The notes beneath the pieces are model-generated. The model worked only from the letters and a program-made list of their open reading frames with translations. It ran no database searches and was not told the origin of the DNA. Source: an uncultured Bacteroides sp. (GTDB lineage Bacteria > Bacteroidota > Bacteroidia > Bacteroidales > Bacteroidaceae). From it: a stretch of 32,000 nucleotides of DNA. How positions within the stretch are numbered: position 1 is the first letter of the stretch; every line of letters starts with the position of its first letter. The stretch spans positions 1,537,978 to 1,569,977 of the forward strand of contig NZ_CAXXOT010000004.1 of NCBI RefSeq assembly GCF_963678425.2. The letters run 5' to 3'. Shown here piece by piece: positions 7,942 through 16,457 of the stretch. Both the position numbers and the translations under genes were made by a program.

Positions 7942-10470
7942 TTACTTCACAGTCTTCACAAACCAGTCAATCGTTTCCTGATTTAGTTTCTGAGCTTGCA
8001 GAACCATAGGTAAATTAGCATAATTAGCTCGGAATACTTCTATTCGTTGCTTAAACTGATTAGGATAATAAGTGATACATACACCTGTCGATTCCATTGT
8101 TCCGAGTTCTTCATTCAGTACGATGCCTGCTTGTTTTTGTTTAAGCTGAAGGACTGCAGAACGGACATCGCGCATTTGAGCCAAAAGACCGTCTGTTACA
8201 TCAGGGGCATCTGTTGGATAAGTTATTTTAAGGACTTTTTCCTTACTGCAATCCGTCTCAGGTACATTTACAGTAAGACTTAAGTCATTACCATCGTATG
8301 TAAAGTCTGTCTGAGCACCATTCACCAATACATTTTCAGGAACTGCAGAAGCTAGAACTTTAACTTTGAAGTTTCTGTTTGAAGGCATATCAGGATAACT
8401 TCCCTGACGAGCAGCAATCTTCACAGTCAATACATTCCCTGCTTTTTCTGAAGACAACAGAGTTTTTGCATAATGAGTTGCATAATCTTTATCGTTGCCA
8501 TTATCTTCGTACAATTCAAAAGATCCTTGTTTGCCGGGGAATACTGTCACTGTTACAGGTTCATCATTATTTTGCAGATTCTTCACTTTATCATATAAAG
8601 GCAATATTGAACCGGCTTTCACATAAACGGGATATTCATCAAGATTAAAAATTCGTTCAATGGATTGTCCTCCCTTTAATAAAGTACCGGTATGCCATTC
8701 ATACCAATCATTTCCTTCCGGCAGCCAAACCTTCACAGTAGACTTGTCATTTTTCATCGGTGAAGTAATTGGGCAAACCAGCAGATTATCACCAAACATA
8801 TATTCATTCTTATTCTCATAAGCTTCTTTATTTTCGGGATAATCATAATACATAGGGCGACAAAGAGAGAGTGCTTCATCGTATGTTTTACGAGCCATCG
8901 TATAAACATAAGGAGCCATCTGATAACGTTCAAGAATCGTATTGCGAATAACTTCAAGGTATTTCTGACTAAAAGCCCAAGGTTCCTTGTTTAAATTAGA
9001 GTTCTTTGTAGAATGGGTACGAAGAATTGGACTTAATGCTCCAAACTGAAGCCAGCGCACATAAAGCTCCGGATCTATACTATTGGCACCCATGTGGCCA
9101 CCAATGTCATGACTCCAATAACCATAAAGCACATTAGAAGCAGTGGAATTGAAATATGGTTGAAAATCAAGAGAAGCCCAAGAGATATAAGAATCACCAG
9201 AGAAACCTATCTGGTAACGATGATTTCCTAACCCACCCCAACGGTGATAAAGTAACGGACGAGTCTCACGATTTCGTTCCATATCAGAAAAGACGACGTA
9301 ATTAATCCACCATGTATTGCTCAAATCAGTATATTTTTCGTCATTAATCCTTTGCTGCCAGTCAAGCCACCAAAAGTCGATGCCTTTCTTTTCCATTGGA
9401 CGAAGAATTGTGTTAAGCCATCCGCTCATAAACTTTTTATTAGATCCTTCATAAGGAATCAGCTTTGTTGAATCGGGATTTACTCCCATCCATTTTGCCA
9501 TAGCAGGAAAGTTTTCTTCGTAATTGGCAATACCATCGGCAGGATGAAGATTGAGGGTTATCTGTAGCTTGTTTTGTTTCAGATATTTCAAAAATCCGTC
9601 AGGATCGGGGAACAGACGGCGGTTCCATGTATATCCGGTCCATCCACCTTTACCAGCCTCAGTATAATGCCAGTCCATATCTACAACCAATACATCTAAT
9701 GGAATATTATATGTATTAAAGTTATTAATAAGGTTGCGTAGCTCATTATCGGAATAACTCCAGTAACGTGACCACCAGTATCCGAAAGCATAACGTGGAG
9801 GCAATGGCACTTTACCCGAGAAAGTTGTGAAATCTTTCAGAGCCGATTTATAATTATGCCCATAAACCATAAAATAAAAATCTTGCCCACCTTTATTTTT
9901 ACGTTCAATAACCCATGGCCAGTCGGAATTATCAAATAAATAATTCTTTGAATCGTCAATAAATGTCCATCCATCGGTTGAGAGTAATCCGTCTTCTATG
10001 GGCATAGGCTTATTATCGTTATTGTGAATGCCTCCATTGTATCCATCCAATGTGCGGTAAGTACCTTTCAGATTTCCTTTCTGTACATCGCCAAATTTCC
10101 AGATTACATTTTTATTATCCTTTAGAAATTTGACACGGAGATTTTTGGGTGTAAAGCGCCCGCTGCCAATTTTATAATTAAGTTCCATTTCGGGCGTTTT
10201 AATGGTTAACCAACCTCCTTTGACACTTTGTGTAAACTGTGGCACCTGCAAGTTCCGATTTACAGCCAAAAAAGAAGCCTGGTCATTAAACTGCTGAATG
10301 CTATCCCATTCCATACGTATTACACGAGGGGTCAGTACCGAAAAACGGACATCCCCCACCCTGACTACTGCAGTCTGATTGACTTTGGTATGATTGATTG
10401 ATACTGCTCGCCCGCAAAGAGGCTGTACAAGTAACATCATCAGGAAAATAATGTTTTTAAGTTTTCTCAT
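7942..10470 (-). CDS. Glycoside hydrolase family 31 (alpha-glucosidase/alpha-xylosidase-like), secreted
   Basis: Motifs LDVLVVDMDWH, IDFWWLDWQQ and GYWSHDIGGH. I chose the ATG at 10470 (MRKLKNIIFLMMLLVQPLCG signal peptide) rather than the track start at 10542. Confidence 0.9.
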   Translation of the reverse strand: MRKLKNIIFLMMLLVQPLCGRAVSINHTKVNQTAVVRVGDVRFSVLTPRVIRMEWDSIQQFNDQASFLAVNRNLQVPQFTQSVKGGWLTIKTPEMELNYKIGSGRFTPKNLRVKFLKDNKNVIWKFGDVQKGNLKGTYRTLDGYNGGIHNNDNKPMPIEDGLLSTDGWTFIDDSKNYLFDNSDWPWVIERKNKGGQDFYFMVYGHNYKSALKDFTTFSGKVPLPPRYAFGYWWSRYWSYSDNELRNLINNFNTYNIPLDVLVVDMDWHYTEAGKGGWTGYTWNRRLFPDPDGFLKYLKQNKLQITLNLHPADGIANYEENFPAMAKWMGVNPDSTKLIPYEGSNKKFMSGWLNTILRPMEKKGIDFWWLDWQQRINDEKYTDLSNTWWINYVVFSDMERNRETRPLLYHRWGGLGNHRYQIGFSGDSYISWASLDFQPYFNSTASNVLYGYWSHDIGGHMGANSIDPELYVRWLQFGALSPILRTHSTKNSNLNKEPWAFSQKYLEVIRNTILERYQMAPYVYTMARKTYDEALSLCRPMYYDYPENKEAYENKNEYMFGDNLLVCPITSPMKNDKSTVKVWLPEGNDWYEWHTGTLLKGGQSIERIFNLDEYPVYVKAGSILPLYDKVKNLQNNDEPVTVTVFPGKQGSFELYEDNGNDKDYATHYAKTLLSSEKAGNVLTVKIAARQGSYPDMPSNRNFKVKVLASAVPENVLVNGAQTDFTYDGNDLSLTVNVPETDCSKEKVLKITYPTDAPDVTDGLLAQMRDVRSAVLQLKQKQAGIVLNEELGTMESTGVCITYYPNQFKQRIEVFRANYANLPMVLQAQKLNQETIDWFVKTVK

Positions 10471-10787
10471 ATTAAATATTAATTTTAGTGAAATATCCGG
10501 CAACCTGGATATTCGTATTTGATTAAGATTAATTATCTTCATATTTATAAGTTATGATTGATAAACAATGTAAATATAGTGTTTTTATCAATCATAAATT
10601 ATTAAAACACAAAAGAACAGCCAAAGATAAAAAAAAGTAAAAAAAAGAATCTATTACAGATTAAATATGTATACTTGCAAATCACTACAAACAAATTGAT
10701 AAGAATCATGATATAATTGACATAATTCAGAAATGTAGCGGAAACTGACATAACATTTTCTATTAATAAACATTTAAAATTCTGAAT

Positions 10788-11195
10788 ATGAGAAACTATT
10801 TATTCTTATTAGTCTTACTCTTTTTATCCAGCTGCGGTAAAAAAGAAAATAAAGACGTTGAAGCATGTTTAGCTAATCAACCAGATCACTCTTCTTTCAT
10901 GTTAGATACTATCAATACGAATAAATGGGATAGTGTTTATGTTATGGGACCATATCAATATGAGAATCTTGAAAAAAGTATTCCTTATCTATCAAGCAAT
11001 CTTAAAAAGAAGTTTAAGCAAACAGCTATGTTAGATACTTGCTGCACTTTGATTTTTGTACGGAATCAGAAAGTTGTGAGCTATAGCACCATCAAAAGAG
11101 ATATAGCCGACTTCTCAAGTCTGGGCAGCAAAATTGGCTATTCATCAAAGCAGAACTACCATATTGTTGCTTTCAGAAAAATTAATGCTATTTAG
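10788..11195 (+). CDS. Hypothetical lipoprotein
   Basis: 135 aa. Signal peptide with lipobox LFLSSC|GKK. No family recognised. Confidence 0.6.
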   Translation: MRNYLFLLVLLFLSSCGKKENKDVEACLANQPDHSSFMLDTINTNKWDSVYVMGPYQYENLEKSIPYLSSNLKKKFKQTAMLDTCCTLIFVRNQKVVSYSTIKRDIADFSSLGSKIGYSSKQNYHIVAFRKINAI

Positions 11196-11475
11196 CCAAT
11201 ATCTTAAGTTAAAGGCAAAATGAGCTTTTACCACACACTGGTAGCAGTTCTCTGAAACATAAACGTAACAGAGATATATGCTTCATGGTAAAGACTAAGA
11301 CAGACAATATATACACAAATTTTCATTTAAATTAGTTATAACTAAAAGATTATTAATACACTGATACAATACAACTAGTTACTTCTATTAACATATTAGC
11401 TTTATTAGTTGCACAAATAAACAAACATTGCACAAAATTAGTTTCAGATCCAACTATTTTATCTATAAATAGTAT

Positions 11476-11483
11476 TAACTTTG
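11476..11483 (+). promoter_or_regulatory. -7 box (TAACTTTG)
   Basis: TAnnTTTG match 27 nt upstream of the ATG at 11510. Confidence 0.5.
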
Positions 11484-11509
11484 CAGCGCATTTAAGAAAA
11501 ACATTAAGA

Positions 11510-12592
11510 ATGAAAACATTAACAATCGGAGACCTTAAGGCTCAAGTACCTATTATTCAGGGCGGAATGGGCGTAGGAATCTCTTTATCAGGCCTGGCAT
11601 CAGCAGTAGCAAACGAAGGAGGCATCGGTGTAATCTCATGCGCCGGTTTAGGACTTCTATACAATAAACTATCCAGCAATTTTGGAGAAGCAAGCATTTT
11701 AGGGCTTAGAGAAGAACTCAAGAAAGCTCGTGAAAAAGCAAAAGGTATTATCGGAGTAAATGTAATGGTGGCAATGACCAACTTTGCTGATATGGTAAAA
11801 ACATCCATTGCAGAGAAAGCAGACATCATATTCAGCGGAGCAGGACTACCTCTTGATTTACCTAGTTTCCTACCAAAGGGTAGCAAAACTAAGTTAGTAC
11901 CTATTGTATCATCGGCACGCGCAGTAAAAATTATCTGCGAAAAATGGCAGAGTCAGTATAACTATCTTCCCGATGCGGTTGTGGTTGAAGGTCCGAAAGC
12001 CGGAGGTCACCTTGGTTACAAGGAAAACCAGATTACTGACGAACACTATTCTTTGGAAGAAATTCTGCCTCAGGTAGTACATGAAGTATCTCTTTTTGAA
12101 GAGAAATACAATAAGAAGATTCCGGTAATTGCAGCTGGAGGAATCTACACCGGAGAAGACATCTATCGTATGATGGAGCTTGGAGCTTCAGGCGTACAGT
12201 TAGGAACACGTTTTGTAACTACGGATGAATGCGATGCTTCTTTAGCTTTCAAAGAACAATATCTTAACGCAAAAGAAGGAGATATTGAGATTATTAAAAG
12301 TCCGGTAGGAATGCCTGGACGCGCAATTGGAGGTTCGTTTATTCAGCAAGTAAAGGAAGGTATTAAGCAACCAAAATCATGTCCTTTCCATTGCATCAAG
12401 ACTTGTGATATTTCTAAAAGTCCATATTGCATTATGCTTGCTCTTTATAATGCATTCAAAGGTAACTTCAAGAACGGATATGCTTTTGCAGGTGCAAATG
12501 CTTATAAAGCAAATAAAATTATGAGCGTTAAAAACACTATTTCTGAGTTGATGAAAGAGTGGAAAGAAAAAGAACTTTTCTCAAAGAAATAA
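11510..12592 (+). CDS. Nitronate monooxygenase family / FabK-like FMN-dependent oxidoreductase
   Basis: 360 aa. N-terminal PIIQGGMGVGIS, later VVVEGPKAGGHLG and IPVIAAGGI, typical of the NMO/2-nitropropane dioxygenase TIM-barrel family. Confidence 0.8.
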   Translation: MKTLTIGDLKAQVPIIQGGMGVGISLSGLASAVANEGGIGVISCAGLGLLYNKLSSNFGEASILGLREELKKAREKAKGIIGVNVMVAMTNFADMVKTSIAEKADIIFSGAGLPLDLPSFLPKGSKTKLVPIVSSARAVKIICEKWQSQYNYLPDAVVVEGPKAGGHLGYKENQITDEHYSLEEILPQVVHEVSLFEEKYNKKIPVIAAGGIYTGEDIYRMMELGASGVQLGTRFVTTDECDASLAFKEQYLNAKEGDIEIIKSPVGMPGRAIGGSFIQQVKEGIKQPKSCPFHCIKTCDISKSPYCIMLALYNAFKGNFKNGYAFAGANAYKANKIMSVKNTISELMKEWKEKELFSKK

Positions 12593-12615
12593 TTTTTCTT
12601 TTATAATATAGATTG

Positions 12616-12655
12616 AAGCGAGGACTTTCTTTGGGATAATCCTCGCTTTTTTGTT
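12616..12655. terminator. Hairpin terminator shared by convergent genes
   Basis: AAGCGAGGA (12616-12624) pairs with TCCTCGCTT (12640-12648), followed by TTTTTGTTTTT. Confidence 0.7.
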
Positions 12656-12656
12656 T

Positions 12657-12944
12657 TTAAAATACTGTTTTGCAAACAGTAATTTCTTCTTTCTGATACT
12701 GCAACAGACTCATCTTTGGGATAATTGTTGTAAAATGAGCTGAATCCATGTGCGTTTTCAATATAGCTGCACTCTCCCACTCTTCAAGCATAATCAGTAT
12801 CTGTTGATTATTCACATCCTGAACCAGGTTGTAATTTGCACAACCCGCTTCTTTTCTTGATTTTTCCACCAGCTCACCGGCCAACTTCAGGAATTCTTCA
12901 ACTTTGTCTTCCTTAACAAAGAATTTAGCAATCACTTTTACCAT
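12657..12944 (-). CDS. ABM-domain (antibiotic biosynthesis monooxygenase-like / putative quinol monooxygenase) protein
   Basis: 95 aa. Ferredoxin-like ABM pattern (VIAKFFVKEDKVEEF...GCANYNLVQD...ILIMLEEWES..ILKTHMDSAHF). Confidence 0.75.
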   Translation of the reverse strand: MVKVIAKFFVKEDKVEEFLKLAGELVEKSRKEAGCANYNLVQDVNNQQILIMLEEWESAAILKTHMDSAHFTTIIPKMSLLQYQKEEITVCKTVF

Positions 12945-12995
12945 TTTATTTTCCTCCTATTAAAATTTATTTTCCAGAAATAGAATATACAGTTC

Positions 12996-13003
12996 CAAAG
13001 GTA
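12996..13003 (-). promoter_or_regulatory. -7 box for the ABM gene
   Basis: Plus strand CAAAGGTA is TACCTTTG on the minus strand, 52 nt upstream of the ATG at 12944. Confidence 0.45.
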
Positions 13004-13143
13004 CAAATAGAATTATTACCTCGCCACTTTCAATGTAATTTTATTTTTAAATGTATATTATTCTATTTCATTCGTTTCTCTCAATATGCCATAAAGTTAA
13101 AGAATATAAAATTACGGAGTCAGAGTAACACCAGATTATATTA

Positions 13144-13159
13144 TTCGTATATTTGCGAA
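13144..13159 (+). promoter_or_regulatory. arsR promoter -7 box (TATATTTG, 13148-13155) enclosed by the dyad TTCG-N8-CGAA (candidate ArsR operator)
   Basis: TTCG TATATTTG CGAA read directly. The arsR ATG is only 11 nt after the box, implying a very short leader. Confidence 0.5.
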
Positions 13160-13165
13160 CAATAT

Positions 13166-13492
13166 ATGGAAAAAGATAAAGATTACACAGCAGAACAGGA
13201 ACAGATTGCCCGATATGCAAAGGCAATGGGGCATCCGGCACGCATAGCTATAATGGATTTTCTCGCATCACAGGAAAGTTGTTTTTTCGGTGATATTCAC
13301 GATGAATTGCCAATAGCCAAAGCAACCGTATCCCAACACCTGAAGGAACTCAAAGATGCCGGGCTGATTCAGGGCGAAATTGAAGCTCCCAAAGTTCGTT
13401 ATTGTATAAATAAGGAGAATTGGGCGAAGGCTCAGAACCTGTTTGCCAAGTTCTTTGATAGAAAAGATATTAAGAAGATCTGCTGCGGATAA
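13166..13492 (+). CDS. arsR: ArsR/SmtB-family metalloregulatory repressor
   Basis: 108 aa. Winged-HTH pattern (GHPARIAIMDFLASQESCFFGDIHDELPIAKATVSQHLKELKDAGLI). Cys in the ESCFF region and a C-terminal CCG. First gene of the ars cluster. Confidence 0.85.
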   Translation: MEKDKDYTAEQEQIARYAKAMGHPARIAIMDFLASQESCFFGDIHDELPIAKATVSQHLKELKDAGLIQGEIEAPKVRYCINKENWAKAQNLFAKFFDRKDIKKICCG

Positions 13493-13557
13493 TATTTTTT
13501 TTCCGCAGATGTTCGTCGTTTTACGAATTACGATTAACTATTAAAATAAAGACTAAT

Positions 13558-13791
13558 ATGGAAATTAAAATTTTAGGAACAGGATGTTCCAAGTGCAAAA
13601 CTCTTGAGAAACTAACACACGAAGTTGTGGAACAAAACGGTATTGATGCTTCTATATCTAAAGTAGAGGACATTATGGAAATTATGAAGTACGGAGTTAT
13701 GGCAACGCCTGCTCTGGTTGTTGACGGAAAAGTTGAGATTAAAGGACGCGTTCCTTCTCTGGAAGAGATAAAAGAAGTATTAACAAAATAA
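13558..13791 (+). CDS. Small thioredoxin-fold protein (redox-active disulfide protein 2 / glutaredoxin-like type)
   Basis: 77 aa. MEIKILGTGCSKCKTL CxxC motif near the N-terminus and ATPALVVDG cis-Pro region. Confidence 0.8.
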   Translation: MEIKILGTGCSKCKTLEKLTHEVVEQNGIDASISKVEDIMEIMKYGVMATPALVVDGKVEIKGRVPSLEEIKEVLTK

Positions 13792-13803
13792 AACCGGATA
13801 TTC

Positions 13804-14235
13804 ATGAAACGTATTTTAATGATCAGCTTCGCTATTATGATGATATTAGGAAGCTTTACATGTAACGCACAAAACAACAAGAAACAAAATACTTCTAAGG
13901 TTGCTGCACAGAAAATTGAAGTTTACTATTTTCACTTTACACGCAGATGCCCAACTTGTATGGCGGTAGAATCTGAATCCCAAAAGGATATAAGTGCTTT
14001 ATACCCTGAACAGGTTAAAAAGGGACTGATTACCTTTAAGAGCTTCAACCTTGACGAAAAGAGCAGTGAAGCTATTGCAAAGAAATGTCAGGCATCCGGT
14101 CAGAGCCTTTTAGTGATAAGCGGTAAAAAGAGAACCGATCTTACTTCGGAAGGTTTTATGTATGCCCGCAACAGTCCCGACAAACTAAAGCAGAAAATCA
14201 AATCAACCATTGACCCTTTACTGGGTTCTAAATAA
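13804..14235 (+). CDS. Secreted/lipoprotein-like thioredoxin-fold CxxC protein (ArsF-like as I recall the naming; function uncertain)
   Basis: 143 aa with a signal peptide. FHFTRRCPTCMAVE contains the CxxC. Lies 12 nt after the previous gene. Confidence 0.6.
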   Translation: MKRILMISFAIMMILGSFTCNAQNNKKQNTSKVAAQKIEVYYFHFTRRCPTCMAVESESQKDISALYPEQVKKGLITFKSFNLDEKSSEAIAKKCQASGQSLLVISGKKRTDLTSEGFMYARNSPDKLKQKIKSTIDPLLGSK

Positions 14236-14244
14236 TTCACTAAG

Positions 14245-14946
14245 ATGGAGTTTCTTCAAAGCATTCTTGATAATTCACAGTACTCCTTTCTTACGGCGAT
14301 AATACTGGGACTGATGACTGCCATCAGCCCCTGCCCACTGGCAACCAACATTACGGCTATAGGATTTATAAGCCGGGATATTGATAATAGCAAGCGGGTA
14401 TTTCTGAACGGACTGGTCTACACACTGGGACGCGCAATAAGTTATACCCTTCTTGCCGTAATACTTTATTTCGGAGCCAACCAGATGAACGTGTCTATGC
14501 TGTTTCAGGGATGGGGAGAAAAGATTCTTGGCCCGTTGCTAATAGTCATCGGTCTGTTTATGCTGGATATAATAAAAATCAATTTCCCTGGAATTTCTAA
14601 ACTGGCCGACAGAATTGGTGAAAACAGCAAAGGTAGTTACTGGAGCACACTTTTACTGGGAATGATCTTTGCCCTGGCATTTTGTCCTTATAGCGGAGTT
14701 CTCTACTTTGCTATGCTGATACCAATGACTATATCAAGTGCAAGCGGATTATATCTTCCGGTACTGTTTGCCATTGCAACAGGTCTGCCGGTTATCATAT
14801 TCGCCTGGTTACTGGCTTATGCTGTGGGCAATGTAGGCAAACTGTATAATCAGATAAAGACCTTTGAACTTTGGTTCAGACGCGTTGTTGCTGTGATCTT
14901 TATTCTTGCAGGTTTTTACTATGCAACTATTTTCTTTCTCAATTAG
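14245..14946 (+). CDS. CcdA/DsbD-family integral membrane thiol-disulfide transfer protein (ArsG-like placement)
   Basis: 233 aa, about 6 TM helices, with the two conserved membrane-embedded Cys motifs AISPCPLA and AFCPYSG. Confidence 0.75.
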   Translation: MEFLQSILDNSQYSFLTAIILGLMTAISPCPLATNITAIGFISRDIDNSKRVFLNGLVYTLGRAISYTLLAVILYFGANQMNVSMLFQGWGEKILGPLLIVIGLFMLDIIKINFPGISKLADRIGENSKGSYWSTLLLGMIFALAFCPYSGVLYFAMLIPMTISSASGLYLPVLFAIATGLPVIIFAWLLAYAVGNVGKLYNQIKTFELWFRRVVAVIFILAGFYYATIFFLN

Positions 14947-14957
14947 AAAACATAAGT

Positions 14958-16019
14958 ATGAAACGGAATTCTTTTAGTGAAATCACCACACAGATACTTG
15001 GAATGAATCGCAGGAATCTGATTGGGCTTCTGGCTTTACTGCCTGTGTGGTACCTTATATATTATAATCTGCAACCCGTAACCAACTGGATCATTGATTC
15101 CGTAATCGGTATGCAGAAAGGAGATCGCCTTACCGAGGCAATCCGCTTCTTTATATTTGAAGTACCAAAGGTGCTGATGCTTCTTGCACTGATTATCTTT
15201 GTCGTGGGCATTATCCGTACTTACTTTTCGGCAGAGCGTACGCGAAAGATGCTGGAAGGCAAATCTACCTTCACAGGCAATGTATTGGCTTCGATGCTGG
15301 GAATAGTCACTCCTTTTTGCTCTTGCTCGGCCATCCCGTTGTTTCTGGGATTTGTGGAATCGGGCGTGCCACTGGGTGTTACCTTCTCGTTTCTGATTGC
15401 AGCACCCATGATAAATGAAGTGGCAGTAATTCTCCTCTTCGGAATGTTTGGATGGAAGACTGCTCTTATCTATGTTATCACCGGACTAATCATTGCTATC
15501 ATTGCAGGATGGGTTATCGGCAAACTGAAGTTAGAGCATTGGGTGCAGGACTGGGTATATCAAACTCAGATGGGTAATACCGGAGATGATGAAAACAAAC
15601 TGACTTTCTCTGACCGCATTCGTTTTGGCTTTAACGGAGTAAAGGAGATTGTAGGCAAAGTATGGCTATATGTTGTTATAGGTATTGCCGTAGGTGCCGG
15701 AGCTCATGGTTATGTGCCCGAGGACTTTATGGTATCTTTAATGGGTAAGTCTGCTTGGTATAGCATTCCTTTATCAGTTCTTATAGGGGTTCCGCTCTAT
15801 TCAAATGCAGCCGGAATAATACCTATCGTATCTGTACTGATAGAAAAAGGGGCAGCATTGGGAACTTCGCTGGCATTTATGATGGCAGTTGTGGGACTTT
15901 CGCTTCCTGAGATGATTATTCTTAAGAAAGTGCTCAAACTTCCGCTTATACTTACATTTGTTGGAGTTGTGGCTACCGGGATTATGATTGTGGGATATTT
16001 GTTCAACTTAATATTTTAA
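14958..16019 (+). CDS. ArsP-type (PF03773/DUF318-like) permease, putative organoarsenical efflux
   Basis: Start moved to the ATG at 14958 (MKRNSFSEIT...), 11 nt after the upstream stop. Multi-TM protein with the vicinal-Cys motif TPFCSCSAIP that I associate with ArsP permeases. Confidence 0.7.
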   Translation: MKRNSFSEITTQILGMNRRNLIGLLALLPVWYLIYYNLQPVTNWIIDSVIGMQKGDRLTEAIRFFIFEVPKVLMLLALIIFVVGIIRTYFSAERTRKMLEGKSTFTGNVLASMLGIVTPFCSCSAIPLFLGFVESGVPLGVTFSFLIAAPMINEVAVILLFGMFGWKTALIYVITGLIIAIIAGWVIGKLKLEHWVQDWVYQTQMGNTGDDENKLTFSDRIRFGFNGVKEIVGKVWLYVVIGIAVGAGAHGYVPEDFMVSLMGKSAWYSIPLSVLIGVPLYSNAAGIIPIVSVLIEKGAALGTSLAFMMAVVGLSLPEMIILKKVLKLPLILTFVGVVATGIMIVGYLFNLIF

Positions 16020-16025
16020 ACTGTT

Positions 16026-16442
16026 ATGAAGATATTAATATTGTGTACAGGAAACAGCTGCCGCAGCCAGATGGCTCACGGATGGCTTCAATCGTTCGAT
16101 AAATCGCTGGATGTGCATTCTGCAGGAACAGAACCTGCATCGAAAGTAAATTCAAAAGCTTTAAAGGTGATGGCAGAAGCTGGAATAGATATCAGCAGCC
16201 ACTTTCCTAAGAGTGTGAATCAATATCTGGATCAGGAATGGGATTATGTAATTACGGTATGCGGAGGCGCAAATGAAAGTTGTCCCGTGTTTACGGGAAA
16301 AGTACAGCACAGACTCCACATCGGGTTTGATGATCCGTCTCACGCAACAGGAACGGATGAATTTATCTGGAGCGAGTTTATCCGTGTGCGCGACGAGATA
16401 AAAAGAGGTTTCTATCAGTTTTATATCAACGAGATTTATTGA
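16026..16442 (+). CDS. arsC: Arsenate reductase, LMW-PTPase (thioredoxin-coupled) type
   Basis: 138 aa. P-loop ILILCTGNSCRSQMA (CX5R), with downstream Cys in VCGGANESCP. Confidence 0.9.
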   Translation: MKILILCTGNSCRSQMAHGWLQSFDKSLDVHSAGTEPASKVNSKALKVMAEAGIDISSHFPKSVNQYLDQEWDYVITVCGGANESCPVFTGKVQHRLHIGFDDPSHATGTDEFIWSEFIRVRDEIKRGFYQFYINEIY

Positions 16443-16457
16443 ATTCAAGTTTCTAGT

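Noticed and set aside
10471-10542. Track start of the GH31 ORF at 10542 (MKIINLNQIRISRLPD...).
   Set aside because: The ATG at 10470 immediately precedes a canonical signal peptide (MRKLKNIIFLMMLLVQPLCG), and the extra 24 residues would bury it. The downstream start is preferred, though this is unverified.
13521-13880. Antisense ORFs inside well-supported genes, e.g. 13521..13880(-), 11557..11886(-), 16161..16448(-), 16497..16844(-), 19943..20341(-), 22859..23095(+), 26009..26311(+), and the many + strand ORFs inside the GH78 gene.
   Set aside because: Each lies opposite a long ORF with clear family motifs. They have low-complexity or stop-poor artefact composition and no promoter boxes.
14871-14957. 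Track start of the permease ORF at 14871, overlapping the CcdA-like gene by 76 nt.
   Set aside because: The N-terminal extension (MVQTRCCCDLYSCRF...) is an out-of-frame read of the upstream gene's 3' end. The ATG at 14958 sits 11 nt after that gene's stop, matching the spacing of the rest of the operon.
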